The notes: a model not told the origin generated them from the letters alone. Counted from the first letter of the stretch, positions 16,921 to 28,900 are shown. The stretch is 39,980 nucleotides of DNA from Parcubacteria group bacterium GW2011_GWA2_38_13 (GCA_000992395.1 LBUD01000015.1:1-39980); one strand, 5' to 3'. Made by a program: numbers and translations.

Positions 16921-18661
16921 ATTCATTCAATCTGGCGCGGTACACCTTAAATATCAATACCCCGTCATCATCAAAAACATTTTCAACCGTAACAGGAGCA
17001 TTATCTTCCATTGATCTTAGAAATTCATTTTCAACAAAACCTGAAAGCTCACTTTGCTTTGGATTCGCATAATACGAAGGATTAAAAACTTTCTCCGCAA
17101 CCCCTTTAATATAATAAAAATTTTTCATTTTTCTTTCCTGCAATAACGCAAACCAATTGTCGGCTGTTTGGGAGCTTCTCCAAAACGTCAAATCAGATGA
17201 CATGATCATTCCATGGTAAACCTTATATCTTTCCAAATACCATGTTGTAGCAAACCAATCCAGCCCGTTTTCATATAAATAAATATTATTGTCCGCGAAA
17301 TTGACATCATAAAAAGTAATATCGTGCAAGGCGTTAATCGCCTTGACATCGCTTGAAAATAATTTGTCTTTTTTCCAAATTTCAAGCATATGCTTCTCAA
17401 GATTTTTAAAACCCAGGTCTTCCGCCCTTAAGCTGGAATAATTTTTATCTTTAACCCCCATGGGCTTTGCAAAAATATTCGTATTCATATTAAAGTAAAT
17501 TTCCATGCTTGCAAAAAATATTATTAATGGCACAAATATGCATAGTAATTTTTTTTGCGTTTGGATTTCTTTGTCGCGAATAACAAAATTATAAAAATCC
17601 ATAATACAAACGGCAAGGGCCAGCGCCAAAAATGGAGACCATATCGCCATGTAGCGGATATTGGGCGAGATAAAGCTGAATTCAACTGCCAAGGATGTTA
17701 TTGCAAGAAAAAGAAAGTGGTGTTTCTTTTTTCTCAAAAATATTTGTGCGGCTATATATGTAACCGATATCAATATTGCGCCAATGAATATTTTGGAATA
17801 TCCAATGCCCAAGGCCGCCCCAATATTTAAAAAGTTGGCGTACGGGCTCGTTACCAAATTTTGCGTAAATAAAATGGGCCAATCTTTTTGGGCGGCTTCA
17901 AAAACCCATGGGAAAATATGCGAGAATTGCACATCAAAATGCCCCCGGGTCTTAAAAAGCATAAAATTATAAAAAATCACCGGAGAAAAAACAACTGCGA
18001 AAACTGCCATTGCAACAAAAAATTTTTTGCTAAACAATATTTTTTTATCACGAAAATAAGCATACGAAACAATCAAAGGTATTAAAAAAAATGTCGTATA
18101 CTTTGTCAAAAATGCCATTCCCAAACAAGCGCCGAATAACGGAAAATAATTCTGTTTTTCAAACGATTTTAGAAAAAATAGAATCGCTAAGAGTATAAAA
18201 AATATAACCACCCCTTCCAGATATGTCACGCGGGATGCCCATGTAAACAAAGTAGATATCCCTAAAAAGAATACGGCCATAAGAGCGGTGTTTTTATCAT
18301 ACAATTTCTTTGCTATATAATATAATAAGATCAAAGAACCTATTCCCGCCAGCGCAAACGGCAAAAGCGCGGTGAATTCATTTTCCCAAAACACGCGAAA
18401 GAATATATTTTGTATTATAAAAACAAGCGGAGGATGCGCGTGAAAAGACAGCCTTGCCCACCACGGAATAATAAAAAACCATTGCACGGGAGTTGTCTGC
18501 CGATCCGAGAAAAGATAATCCAAATACCCCACCGACCACATAGAATAGAAGGCGCCGTCTGTTTGGAAATCGGCGCGTGTCAGGCGAAAAAAAATCAATA
18601 TACCGGAAAAACAGATTATTATAATAAATAATATTGCGGATTTCGAAAACTTCATACGCAA
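16919..18661 (-). CDS. GT-C membrane glycosyltransferase (ArnT/PMT, family 39-like)
   Basis: Multi-TM; ADFQTDG, FHAHPPL, LTKYT; start TTG 18661 or ATG 18655. Confidence 0.85.
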   Translation of the reverse strand: MRMKFSKSAILFIIIICFSGILIFFRLTRADFQTDGAFYSMWSVGYLDYLFSDRQTTPVQWFFIIPWWARLSFHAHPPLVFIIQNIFFRVFWENEFTALLPFALAGIGSLILLYYIAKKLYDKNTALMAVFFLGISTLFTWASRVTYLEGVVIFFILLAILFFLKSFEKQNYFPLFGACLGMAFLTKYTTFFLIPLIVSYAYFRDKKILFSKKFFVAMAVFAVVFSPVIFYNFMLFKTRGHFDVQFSHIFPWVFEAAQKDWPILFTQNLVTSPYANFLNIGAALGIGYSKIFIGAILISVTYIAAQIFLRKKKHHFLFLAITSLAVEFSFISPNIRYMAIWSPFLALALAVCIMDFYNFVIRDKEIQTQKKLLCIFVPLIIFFASMEIYFNMNTNIFAKPMGVKDKNYSSLRAEDLGFKNLEKHMLEIWKKDKLFSSDVKAINALHDITFYDVNFADNNIYLYENGLDWFATTWYLERYKVYHGMIMSSDLTFWRSSQTADNWFALLQERKMKNFYYIKGVAEKVFNPSYYANPKQSELSGFVENEFLRSMEDNAPVTVENVFDDDGVLIFKVYRARLNE

Positions 18662-18662
18662 A

Positions 18663-20426
18663 TCAATTAAGTTTTATCCTTAATACCCTGAAAGCCTCTT
18701 TATTTTCATCATTATATATCGGCGTAACTTCCCCATCGCTTCCATTTTTTATATATTCCAAAAAAATATTTTCAAAATTTTCTACAAAATCTTTCCGATC
18801 ATTGCTTGAATCATAGTCTCCGCGATACACTAGAGGGTTTGCCCCGACAATATAAAAAAGATTTTTAATTCCCAGACTGCGCAAAACATTTATTGAATCT
18901 TGAGGTGAAATTTTACTGTCCACAAGCTCTTTAATATACTCAGAATCCCCCATAAATGGCACTTTATGATAAATCCATTGTCTGTTAAAATACCATATTC
19001 TCGCAAACCAGTCCAAATCAAAATCAAAAAGATAAAAATTATAGCCCTGTAATGATTTCCAATCAAGCCGTATTTCATCCAAAACGTTGATTTTTCTTAA
19101 TTTTTTATTGTAAAAATCTTCATTCTCCCACGTTGTTTTTAAAAATTTTTCCAGCTGGTTATATCCAAGGTTTCTTTCAACAATATTTGAAAATATTTTT
19201 TTATCACTTGCAACAAAGCCCGGCACATGATTTATTCTATAACTATGCATATATTCAAATCCAAATATACTTATTATAATGGCGGCAATTCCTATGAATC
19301 CTATACTTTTTTTGGAAAAAAATTTCACCATATCGCTTATAAAAACCCCTATCGCTAGAGATAAAAATGGAAGAAATATTGGCAAATAACGCGACGTAGG
19401 GGAGATAACCATAAACATTGCGGATGCGCTAAGTATTGCCACGAGAAGGAATTTCTCAAAATGCTCTTTTGAAAAAAATAATGTTTTTATTGCCACATGC
19501 AACACGGAGAATAGCATCATAATGTAAAATGGAAATGAAAATCCTTCTTTCATACCCGGCCAAATATTTTTTAGGTTTGTATATATATTTCTGGAATCCG
19601 TCTTATCGGTATATATACCCGGCCAATCCCTTTGCGCTGCTTCAAACATATTTGGAAAAAGATGCGATAGTTGGACGTCAAGGTGTCCGCGCGTTTCATA
19701 GACCATGATATTATAAAAAATAACAGGCGATATGATAACCAAAAATGCAATCATGCCGAGAATAAATTTTTTATTAAAAAATATTTTTCTCTGCCACATC
19801 GCAATATACGCAAAAATAAACACCATAAGAAAAAACGAAGTATATTTTGACATAAGCGCGCAACCCAGGGCGCACCAAAACCATACAAAGTAAGAATCTT
19901 TCTCAAGCGCGCGGATGAACAGATAGAATGCGAAAGTAATAAAAAATATTTCAATGCCTTCAAGGTACGATATCCTGAAAACCCACGAAAACAATGTTGA
20001 AATAGACAGCGTTCCAGCCGAAATAAGCGCGATTTTTTTCCCGAACATTTTTGCAGCTGACATAAATACAAGAAAAAATGTTCCCATGCCGGCAAGCGCG
20101 AACGGAAGCCTCATCGCGAAAGTATTATCCCCGAAAATTTTAAAAAAAATATTCTGTATTATAAACACAAGCGGAGGGGCGTCATGAAATGATAGTTTTG
20201 ACCACCACGGAATTTTTCCATACCACTGTATCGGCGCTGTTTGCTGATAAGGCACAAGATAATCCACAAGCCCAACCGAGCGCATAGAATAGTGCGATCC
20301 GTCCGTATAGCTGTCGGCCCTTCCCAATTGATAGAATAAAAAAAAGGCTGTATTTATTATAATTATATAAAAAATAATCCTCTCTATTGCTTTGAGTTTT
20401 TCATGTTTTAGTGTTAATGTTTCCAT
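18663..20426 (-). CDS. GT-C membrane glycosyltransferase (ArnT/PMT-like)
   Basis: ADSYTDG, FHDAPPL, AMRLP, SKYT; paralog of its neighbours. Confidence 0.85.
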   Translation of the reverse strand: METLTLKHEKLKAIERIIFYIIIINTAFFLFYQLGRADSYTDGSHYSMRSVGLVDYLVPYQQTAPIQWYGKIPWWSKLSFHDAPPLVFIIQNIFFKIFGDNTFAMRLPFALAGMGTFFLVFMSAAKMFGKKIALISAGTLSISTLFSWVFRISYLEGIEIFFITFAFYLFIRALEKDSYFVWFWCALGCALMSKYTSFFLMVFIFAYIAMWQRKIFFNKKFILGMIAFLVIISPVIFYNIMVYETRGHLDVQLSHLFPNMFEAAQRDWPGIYTDKTDSRNIYTNLKNIWPGMKEGFSFPFYIMMLFSVLHVAIKTLFFSKEHFEKFLLVAILSASAMFMVISPTSRYLPIFLPFLSLAIGVFISDMVKFFSKKSIGFIGIAAIIISIFGFEYMHSYRINHVPGFVASDKKIFSNIVERNLGYNQLEKFLKTTWENEDFYNKKLRKINVLDEIRLDWKSLQGYNFYLFDFDLDWFARIWYFNRQWIYHKVPFMGDSEYIKELVDSKISPQDSINVLRSLGIKNLFYIVGANPLVYRGDYDSSNDRKDFVENFENIFLEYIKNGSDGEVTPIYNDENKEAFRVLRIKLN

Positions 20427-20467
20427 AGAACGATTATTTGCTATACTGTAATTATATAACGCTTCAT

Positions 20468-22168
20468 ATGATTCTACGCAAGCATCTTGGCATATCCATA
20501 GCAGCTGCCGGCCTTATAGCAATGGCAATATTTTTTCGCCTTGGCTACGTTGGCGCAAGCGATGTCATAACCGATGAAGCATCGCTTGGTTTTCGCGCCA
20601 TAGGGCTCATTGATTTTGACGCGACGATACACCAGCCGTCCCCATGGGAATGGGCGAATATACTTTCCTCCTGGATGAGGCTCTCAATGCACGACCATCC
20701 TCCCCTCTTTTTTATTATACAACATTTTTCCCTCAAAATATTGGGAGAAAACACAATTGCTTTGAGGCTGCCTTCAGCTATCTTCGGGATTCTGTCGGCA
20801 TATCTCATATATAGTATCACAAAAAAATTGTTTGATGAAAAAACCGCAATGGTGGCAGGAGCGCTGTCATCGGCCAATGTTTATTTAATCTGGGTATCAA
20901 GAATCGGCCTTCAAGAATCAACGCTTATATTTTTCTTTTTGCTTTCCATATATTTTTTTCTCAAAAGTTTCTCGGACGAACGTTTTTTTATTCTTTGCGG
21001 AATTTGCGTCGGACTCTCGTGGCTGACGAAATATACGGCGTTTATTCTTGCGCCGATATTTCTGACATACTTTATAATTTTTGATCGGCAATATTTTCGC
21101 AATAAATTTTTTTGGGCAGGTGTTGCGCTTGCGCTTGCAATCTTTTCACCGGTGCTTTTGTATAATTACAGGCTTTATCTCGCCTTTGGGCATTTTGACT
21201 TCCAGTTTTCCTATGTATTCGGACAAAATGTCGCTCAATGGCAAATCCAGCCGGGCAAAGAAGAATTTAAAAACATCCTGGATAAATTTTTCTCAATTTT
21301 TATAAATCTAAAAAACGGCCTATCTCCGGCATTTGCCGGACTGCTTTTAGCAACAATGGTTTACTTTTTCCATAACATAATCACAAACAGAAATAAAAAT
21401 AAAATATTTTTGCTGCTTGCGCTTATTTTTTTATTCCTTGAATATATTGTCATCGGCCCGTCGCAAAGATTTTTAAGCGCGATTATTCCTTTTTTTATCA
21501 TCATCATATCGTGCAGTATTATTGATGTATATAATTCAATACAAAAATTTGCACGTATAGCTATGTGGAAATATGCATTCACGCTTTTGCTATTTTTATT
21601 TTTTGTTTATGAGGCAATATTTTCCTACCAAACAAATATAACTATGCAGCCGAAACATTATTACTCCAAAGATATAGCCTCTCATTATTCGTATTCAGGT
21701 TACCAAAATCTTGACCAATGGCTGACCGACGAAATCCAAAACAAAAAACCTCGGTTTTCATTTGACCTATCCTATATTTTTCTCAAAGACATAAGTATTA
21801 AAACAAATGAAAAATATAATCGTGGCAATTTCAAAGATGAGGGAATTTTATTCGTATATGATGAAAATATGAATGAACAATCAAGTTTATGGATAATGCA
21901 CCGCCTTATGATATATCATAATTGGCCCGTACTTGCCTCAAAACAATATTATAACGCCATACAAAAAAATGGCGATGATTATTATAAAAAGCTTGGTTTT
22001 GAAAAAATTTATTTAATAAAAAAAGACCCCGAAACGCTCGGGAAAAAATTCAGTCTGGAAGGTAAAAATATTGATGACCTTATCTCTTACCTTAATATCA
22101 GCGGTAGCGAGCCGTATATACTAAAAAATTCACAAGGCAAAAAATCTTTTTCTATTTACTCACTATAG
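20468..22168 (+). CDS. GT-C membrane glycosyltransferase (ArnT/PMT-like)
   Basis: DVITDEA, MHDHPPL, ALRLPS, TKYT; ATG at 20468 preferred over TTG at 20438. Confidence 0.85.
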   Translation: MILRKHLGISIAAAGLIAMAIFFRLGYVGASDVITDEASLGFRAIGLIDFDATIHQPSPWEWANILSSWMRLSMHDHPPLFFIIQHFSLKILGENTIALRLPSAIFGILSAYLIYSITKKLFDEKTAMVAGALSSANVYLIWVSRIGLQESTLIFFFLLSIYFFLKSFSDERFFILCGICVGLSWLTKYTAFILAPIFLTYFIIFDRQYFRNKFFWAGVALALAIFSPVLLYNYRLYLAFGHFDFQFSYVFGQNVAQWQIQPGKEEFKNILDKFFSIFINLKNGLSPAFAGLLLATMVYFFHNIITNRNKNKIFLLLALIFLFLEYIVIGPSQRFLSAIIPFFIIIISCSIIDVYNSIQKFARIAMWKYAFTLLLFLFFVYEAIFSYQTNITMQPKHYYSKDIASHYSYSGYQNLDQWLTDEIQNKKPRFSFDLSYIFLKDISIKTNEKYNRGNFKDEGILFVYDENMNEQSSLWIMHRLMIYHNWPVLASKQYYNAIQKNGDDYYKKLGFEKIYLIKKDPETLGKKFSLEGKNIDDLISYLNISGSEPYILKNSQGKKSFSIYSL

Positions 22169-22195
22169 GAAGGTATGGAAACCTAAAGGTTTCCG

Positions 22196-24571
22196 CTACA
22201 GGCCTCCATAATAACTGTCATCTCTATTTCTTCCATCTTTTGCGTACACATCGGCCATGCTTGAATATAAAATAGCTGCGTTCGGGAAATGCGTTATCCC
22301 TTCCAGTAATAATTCTTCTGCCTCTTTATAATAACCCCTTGCGGCATATACCCCTGCAATCCTTTTGTAGTTATCCGAAGCAAGCGTGCGCAATTCTTTC
22401 AAAATTTTCAATTGTTCCTGCGCTTTATCAATATTTTTTATAGTCACATATCCGGAAAATAATGCCCAGTGAGGATCAAAAACGCGAGGAGCCAAATCCG
22501 ATGCCTTTTCAAAATCCGCGACTCCTTTTTCATACTCGCCAAGAGACATATATGCTCTTCCTGTTAATAAAAAGGTGTATGCGCGAGTGGGGCTTTGTTC
22601 TATGGTTTTCTCGCGCATTGCGATAATTTTTTTTGCATTTTCCTCCTCAATGCCCATCGTATCCATGTAAAAATTCATAAGAAAAATCTTCAATCGGACA
22701 TCTCCCTGATGTTTTTCAATACTATCAAGCATTTGTTTTTCCGACCGGCTGAATAATTCGGATAAAATAAAACTTGGTTTATTATTATCTTTTATCATGT
22801 TTTTAATCCAATCCGCGGCTACATAAATTAATTCAAATCTTCCGAGATACGGCCCTTTCTCTATGGTATCCAGCAAATCTTTTGCTTCATTCTCGCTAAA
22901 ATTTTTATTCACCATAGCGAATGTTTTTAAAAAATTTGCGTTTTGACTCATAGGCACAATATTGCAATACCAAATAATGAAAGCCATTATTAAAAATGAA
23001 GCGATATAAACAATTTCTTTGTTATTTTTTATTACAAAAGGAATTTGTTTTTCTTCAATATGGGGCTGTGCAGGTTTTTCTGATTCCCTTAAGACAAGAT
23101 GCGAAATAAATCCTATCATAAAATAAAACGGCATTGAACTGTTTAAGCTGTCAAAAACAAAAAGATTTTGCCCTATATAGGCAATGAGAAATGAAGAAAA
23201 AATTATTCCTATATAATTTTTCTTCTGATATCGCAAAAGATAATATATCAAAAATCCGATAAACCCCAAATACAGCGCGAGCCCGACAGCGCCGCCTTCG
23301 GATGCGTACTGAATTATTATATTATGGGGCCTATCAAACCAGACAACAGCATCTTCCTTATCATAAATAACTGTCGGAAAATACTTATCAAATACCTGAT
23401 AAAAATTTTCCATCCCCCATCCAAAAATCGGCTTGTCGTAAAAACCCCGCAGGGCGGCATTCCATGTTGCAAGGCGGGTCTGTGTTGTATGATCACTTAA
23501 GGATATTGACGCGATTCTAGATAAAAATGGCGAATACGCGACTATCAAATTATTTTTATTATTAAAAACCAAAATTGATCCCAATGACAATGCCAGCACG
23601 ATACACACACTGTAAATTTTTATATTCATTTTCACGCCGCGCCGGAGCAAAACCGCTACAAATGCAAATGCAATAGCAAGCGCAATGCCGATGATTGCTC
23701 CCCGCGTCTGAGTGAATGTAATGAGTGCGGAAAACATCACAATCACAAGTCCATAGAATATATACGGTAAAAATTTATTTATTTTTTCCAAAGCTCCTTT
23801 CCAAAAAGGCAAAAACGCTAAAATATGAAATATCACAAAAGGAATCCACAGTATCGCGTTTGAAAATAGTTGGCGTAAAATCCCGGATTTCCCCGAGCCT
23901 AATCCGTATTTTATTTCCAAAAAAAGTATAAAAATATCAAACCCAATAAAACAATATTTAAAAATCGCCACATCATATATCTCTTTATTCTTCATAAAAA
24001 AATAAAGACACATAAAAATGTGTATCAAAAGATAGGCGGAAAGATATGTCGGATTTCCCAATGTTGATGACACGCGCTCGCCTCCCGAAGACTCCAATAA
24101 AAGATTTACTCCCGCAACCTGGCTTAATCCTACAAACGCAATGGCAATTGCTGAAAAAATACTTACTTGCATCATCATCTCCCACTCTTTTTTTGTCTGC
24201 AATACCCCCAATAATATAAAGAAAAACGCGAACTGATGATATAGCGTTATGAGCCCGTCCATTCTTTCAAAACTGCTCCAAAAGCTATATAAAAAATCCC
24301 CTGCCAAAATGCTTGACAGGGTAAACGATGCCACAAACCCCGCGAATATCAGCAAAATTTTGTTTTTAGGAAGGATATATTTTGGATTCTGCACCACCAA
24401 AACAATAAATAACAAAATCATCGCCTCAACGCAGATTCTGAAAATAAAATTTCTTGGGGTAATGAAGGGAAAATAAAAACCACTCGGCGATACGAACGGC
24501 AAGAAAAAAATTATTCCCGTTAATGTAAGAATTCCGCGCACAAGATACTTTTCCCAAAGTTGCTTTGCCAT
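22196..24571 (-). CDS. O-antigen ligase (WaaL/Wzy_C)-like protein with C-terminal TPRs; candidate O-oligosaccharyltransferase
   Basis: RVSSTLGNP, TQTRGA, TRLATW, PIFGWGMENF, FDRPHN; likely start MAKQ at 24571. Confidence 0.88.
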   Translation of the reverse strand: MAKQLWEKYLVRGILTLTGIIFFLPFVSPSGFYFPFITPRNFIFRICVEAMILLFIVLVVQNPKYILPKNKILLIFAGFVASFTLSSILAGDFLYSFWSSFERMDGLITLYHQFAFFFILLGVLQTKKEWEMMMQVSIFSAIAIAFVGLSQVAGVNLLLESSGGERVSSTLGNPTYLSAYLLIHIFMCLYFFMKNKEIYDVAIFKYCFIGFDIFILFLEIKYGLGSGKSGILRQLFSNAILWIPFVIFHILAFLPFWKGALEKINKFLPYIFYGLVIVMFSALITFTQTRGAIIGIALAIAFAFVAVLLRRGVKMNIKIYSVCIVLALSLGSILVFNNKNNLIVAYSPFLSRIASISLSDHTTQTRLATWNAALRGFYDKPIFGWGMENFYQVFDKYFPTVIYDKEDAVVWFDRPHNIIIQYASEGGAVGLALYLGFIGFLIYYLLRYQKKNYIGIIFSSFLIAYIGQNLFVFDSLNSSMPFYFMIGFISHLVLRESEKPAQPHIEEKQIPFVIKNNKEIVYIASFLIMAFIIWYCNIVPMSQNANFLKTFAMVNKNFSENEAKDLLDTIEKGPYLGRFELIYVAADWIKNMIKDNNKPSFILSELFSRSEKQMLDSIEKHQGDVRLKIFLMNFYMDTMGIEEENAKKIIAMREKTIEQSPTRAYTFLLTGRAYMSLGEYEKGVADFEKASDLAPRVFDPHWALFSGYVTIKNIDKAQEQLKILKELRTLASDNYKRIAGVYAARGYYKEAEELLLEGITHFPNAAILYSSMADVYAKDGRNRDDSYYGGL

Positions 24572-24575
24572 AATA

Positions 24576-25307
24576 TTATTTATCAAGCTCCGCAAGCGCC
24601 TGTTTTGCAACAATGCTTTCCGGGTATATTTTCAAAAGTTTTTTATAGGTCTCTATGGCTTTTGGAATTTGTTGTAATTGCCGATAATGAAGCGCGAGAT
24701 TAGCTAAAATATCTGTTTGCTCCGGATATTTGACAGAGCCGGAAATCAAAATATTTTCTGCTTTCTTTTCATCATTGAGAAAAAATCTGTAAAGCTCATA
24801 AAGCTCGCTATAGTACATTTCAAGATACGGACCCGGGATTTCAATGGCTTTCAAATAATACTCTTCGGCTTTTGCGTAATCTTTTATATAACGAAAATAC
24901 AATTCTCCCAGATTTCCGTAAGGCAAAAACGCTCCCGGCTGTAATTTTTGGGCATACATAAATGCGGCTTGGGCTTTTGCAAAATTACCAACATCCCTAT
25001 GTACGCCTCCAAGATATATAAGCGGCCAATATAAAAACGTTTCGTTCTGATTCCCCTGTGTTTCAATCACTGCTATTTTTTCTTCAAGTTCTTTTTTGAA
25101 TACCTGAAAATCCTGAAAATATTTTTCTTTTTGTGCATCTGTCAGATCGGTTTTTATGTATTCCAATTTCATAAGACTTTCAAGGGTTGTCTGTGAAGAA
25201 TTTACATTCGCCGGTTTTTCAGTTTTATTAAAATAATAGAATCCGGATATCAAAAAAATAACAACAATGAGCGTGATAATAATGCCTAAAATCTTTCTTT
25301 TATTCAT
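24576..25307 (-). CDS. Membrane-anchored TPR protein
   Basis: N-terminal TM helix; TPR patterns such as YGNLGELY...DYAKAEEYYLKAIE. Confidence 0.82.
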   Translation of the reverse strand: MNKRKILGIIITLIVVIFLISGFYYFNKTEKPANVNSSQTTLESLMKLEYIKTDLTDAQKEKYFQDFQVFKKELEEKIAVIETQGNQNETFLYWPLIYLGGVHRDVGNFAKAQAAFMYAQKLQPGAFLPYGNLGELYFRYIKDYAKAEEYYLKAIEIPGPYLEMYYSELYELYRFFLNDEKKAENILISGSVKYPEQTDILANLALHYRQLQQIPKAIETYKKLLKIYPESIVAKQALAELDK

Positions 25308-25382
25308 ACATAATTCTTTAAAATTATTATCTATTATATATAGATTCTATATTATTTTTGATAAAAAGTCCATATAACAACA

Positions 25383-25413
25383 ATCTCTCCCCCGACGGGG
25401 CCGGGGGAGAGAT
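25383..25413 (-). terminator. GC-rich hairpin downstream of the S-layer-like gene
   Basis: ATCTCTCCCCCG / CGGGGGAGAGAT 12-bp perfect stem; weak U tract. Confidence 0.7.
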
Positions 25414-25448
25414 AAATAACTAATTCACTACGATGATTGGACTCAAGA

Positions 25449-25900
25449 TTACTTGCTGATTGTCTGAGGAGTGGTTGAATTATCCGCAAGACCGCTTACG
25501 CGATAACCATTGAACCAGCCAAGTGTCTTGGTTGCTGTAGACGATGAGTATTGGTCAAAATTAAGATCTGACCATATAAAGTCGTCTTGATCTACGGTTC
25601 CATCAATAGCGCCAAAAGTGGTCGCTACGGTTGATGCAAAGGCTGCGTCACCAGCCAATACAACGTTTACTGATTCCTCCGTTGTCGAGCCGTCATGACC
25701 CGAAAGCGTACCTTTAAGCGTAAAGTATCTGGTTGCGCCCGCATCAACGATGTATGAATCTGTCTTATCGGCCGCGGCTCGTGCCGTAGCATCATCGTTA
25801 TTCAAGTCAAACCTTGCTTCAACTATTACCGGTGTCGCTGAGGTGCCAATAACGGTCACCACGAAATCGCCAGTGTCTGATAATAGTGTTCCAAGATATT
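25449..25900 (-). CDS. C-terminal part of the S-layer-like protein, out of frame with 25856-28951
   Basis: Same Thr/Ala/Ser-rich composition; frame is open through the junction (YLGTLLSDTGDFVVTVIG); ends DDFIWSD...WFNGYRVSGL. Confidence 0.7.
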
Positions 25901-28900
25901 GAACTTCAATAAATTCGTAACTTCGTTACTCGTAATAACGCCTGCTCCGGTAAACGGAGTTACGGTTACGGTCGGAACGCTCTTAAGTTCAGTGAATGCC
26001 TTAAAGTTGTCGCTGATACCGTTTGTCGTTACGCTGGATGAGCCGACAGCTGTTCCCTTGACATAGATGTAGCTTAATTTCACCATCACGCCTTCTCCTG
26101 ACAATGCGGAAGCGGATGCGTTGGATGTAAGAGCCTTGAATTTAGCTTTCACAACATAGGTCTTTTCCTGATCCAATGCCAATGTAAGCGGGGCAGTAAT
26201 GGTTGCGCGCGCCGCGTTCACAATCTGCGTTCCCAATGCTGCTGATCCGCCCTGCTCCCAGAGTTCAATCTGGTCAATGTTATTGTAATCACCGTCTATA
26301 TCTGTTTCGGTATTGGCTACAATCTGGAAGCCGACATCAGAAATATTCATTCCTTCATATTTTGCCTTGGCAATGAATTTACCGATTTCTACGGTTGTTC
26401 CGCCAACTACCAACGCCGCTTTTGGATCAGTGCCCAATGATATCTGCAATGTTCCACCGGATGACAATGTCATTGAGGCCGCTGCTCCCGCTGTGTAGGT
26501 TTCAGTTACTGTCTGGCCTTCCTCATCAATGGCCGCTATAAGATCTTCTACCAATTCAACTAAGAATGAGCCGGAAGTGTCAGCTGTGCCGACATTACCC
26601 TTTACCGATAGAACCTTTGTGGTACCTTTGGTAACCTTTAGATTACCCGCGGAAATGGATAATGTGGTTGTGGATCTGCCTGTGGTTGAACATGTTGTGC
26701 CCGAGCATGTTTGTGATGATGAATTCACCGGAATTTCTGTTGCTCCATCATAAATCTTTATCGTATCCAAGATGTTCGGCTGGGCAGAGGTGTCTTTTAC
26801 CAATATACCAACCTGAGTTATGCGGATATCCATACCTGAATCAGAAGCATCCAATATAAACTGGGCTACTTCAAAATTCGGGGTTCCGGAAACTACTGTC
26901 TGTGCCGCAGGAGTTGATCCGACAGAAACTGCCAATGAAGCTGCTTTTACATTCAAGGATGTTGACTGCACTTGTCCTGCAGGTGTAGGCGTGATCAAAT
27001 TGCCCGAAACATCACCGCGAACGGTAATAGCTTCCGGGAATATGCCAACCTGAACAGTGTCATTTGCAATGAAATTTGCATCCAAATCTCCATACACCAT
27101 CACTGTGGTCTCACCCACTGACAAAGAAACCGTATCGGTTGATGTTGCTGTCAATTGACCCGCAATGTTCAAGACCGGATCCTTCGCGCTTGTAAGCGAT
27201 GCACCGTTTGCATCCTGGGAAACAACGTTTGTTATAATTCCATTCCCAGTGCTTGCGGTAGAGGTCGTAACCTTATATCCTAATGAAGTGATATTCAATT
27301 TCTCACCCTCAACCACAAATTTGAATTTCCCAATCAATACTTTCTTGGCATTTTCGGCAATTTTATTGGATGTAATCGCTAATGATTCAATCCTCAATTT
27401 TCCGTTGCCAATAGTGGTGTCTGACGGGTTGTAGTAAGGCGACGAACTCACAGTTGCGCTTGATGCATTCGTGTACGTTGGTACTACGTTAAATGTTCGC
27501 AGTACATCAAAAATAACAACATCGGACTTCTGGTCTACATCAAGAGAAATAGTCCTTGCGGAACCGCTCTTGATATCCAAGCGAAGATCTAAAGTGATGT
27601 TATTACCTTTCTTAACGGTTAAGTTAAGGCCGGTAAAACTGATTTTCTTTGTGGCCGGTGCGGCAACAGTTGCGAGAGTTTCGCTTGTATTCGTGTTAAT
27701 AAGACGTATATTCTGTAAATCTTCAGGTGCCGCTGAACCATTCTGCGTGAATGTTACGCTTTTAACTGTGAAATCCTGTCCTGTTGCTGTGCTATTGTTG
27801 GAGATCTTAATGGACGACACAATGTAATCCTTGGTGCCGACTTCCTTTGTAGTGGCAGCAGGACTATTTGCGCCAACGGCGATTGCCGCTGTTCCAACGG
27901 TCATGGTGCCGTTTATATTCTGATAGTTACCGGTTATCGGCAATGTACCAACAAGAGTTGCTCCGCCTTTCAAAACGATCGCGTTTACGCCCAATGTCGG
28001 TGTTTCACCGGCATAGCTAGATAACGCGCCAGATGTCATATTCGCGGAAACAATGACCTTCTTGGTCGTTCCTGCTGCAACAGTAATATCATCGCTGAAA
28101 ATTGCTTCGTGGGTGGAATTTAAGGATTTGCTCAAACTGTTGAAAGGAAGCATGGTTGATGCATCCAATAAATCAAAGTCTGCGAATTCGCCGTCCTGTG
28201 AAATTCCGCCTCGGATAATAGTCACGCTATCAACAACGACATCGCCATCCGATGATGCTGTTAATGTGAATGTGGAGAATGGAACTCTCGAAGCGCTTCC
28301 CATAACAATTCCTGAAGCTGGGGTATCGGAAGCTAATGCCACGGTCATGGTGGATCCACCAGTCACAGGTCCCGAGCCTGAGAGATTCTTATCAACGTTT
28401 ATGGAAGTTGATCCTGCGGTTTCGGCTGTCTTGTCAAATGACGACGTTCCTGTAACATCTCCTCCCAATGTATAATTGGTGAAGAAAACATCCGGGACAT
28501 CATCAATTTGCTTGTTCCAAGTGCTTCCGTATAAGGCCACAGCGATAGCTTCTGTTTGTACCCATCGCAATGTTCCGCCCTTGGCTACTGCGTAGACCTT
28601 GGGATCAGTTGTAATTTTAACCATCTTTAATGCTGGCCGATATGTGGCATTTCCGCCAATTGGATATGATTCCATTTCAGTCTGTGAAATTTCTTTCACT
28701 GACGAAAAATCAGCATACCATGTCTTATATGTTTTTTCATTTGGGAATACATACCTTTTTCCATTGGCGCCAAGATAATACACGGCTTGGCAAACTGATG
28801 CGTTTGTGCCGGTGCATTTTATCTTGATCAAATCGCCTGACGTGGCTGCGAATGCTGCCGGAAGGGCAAACACTCCAACCGACCACATAATGGTTGTCAT

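Noticed and set aside
22178-22195. Short palindrome GGAAACCTAAAGGTTTCC between convergent genes
   Set aside because: Single short copy with no U tract; too little evidence to assign a function
26313-28827. Many plus-strand ORFs antisense to the S-layer gene (and similar shadow ORFs across the window)
   Set aside because: Expected from codon bias of the real genes; no motifs or expression signals
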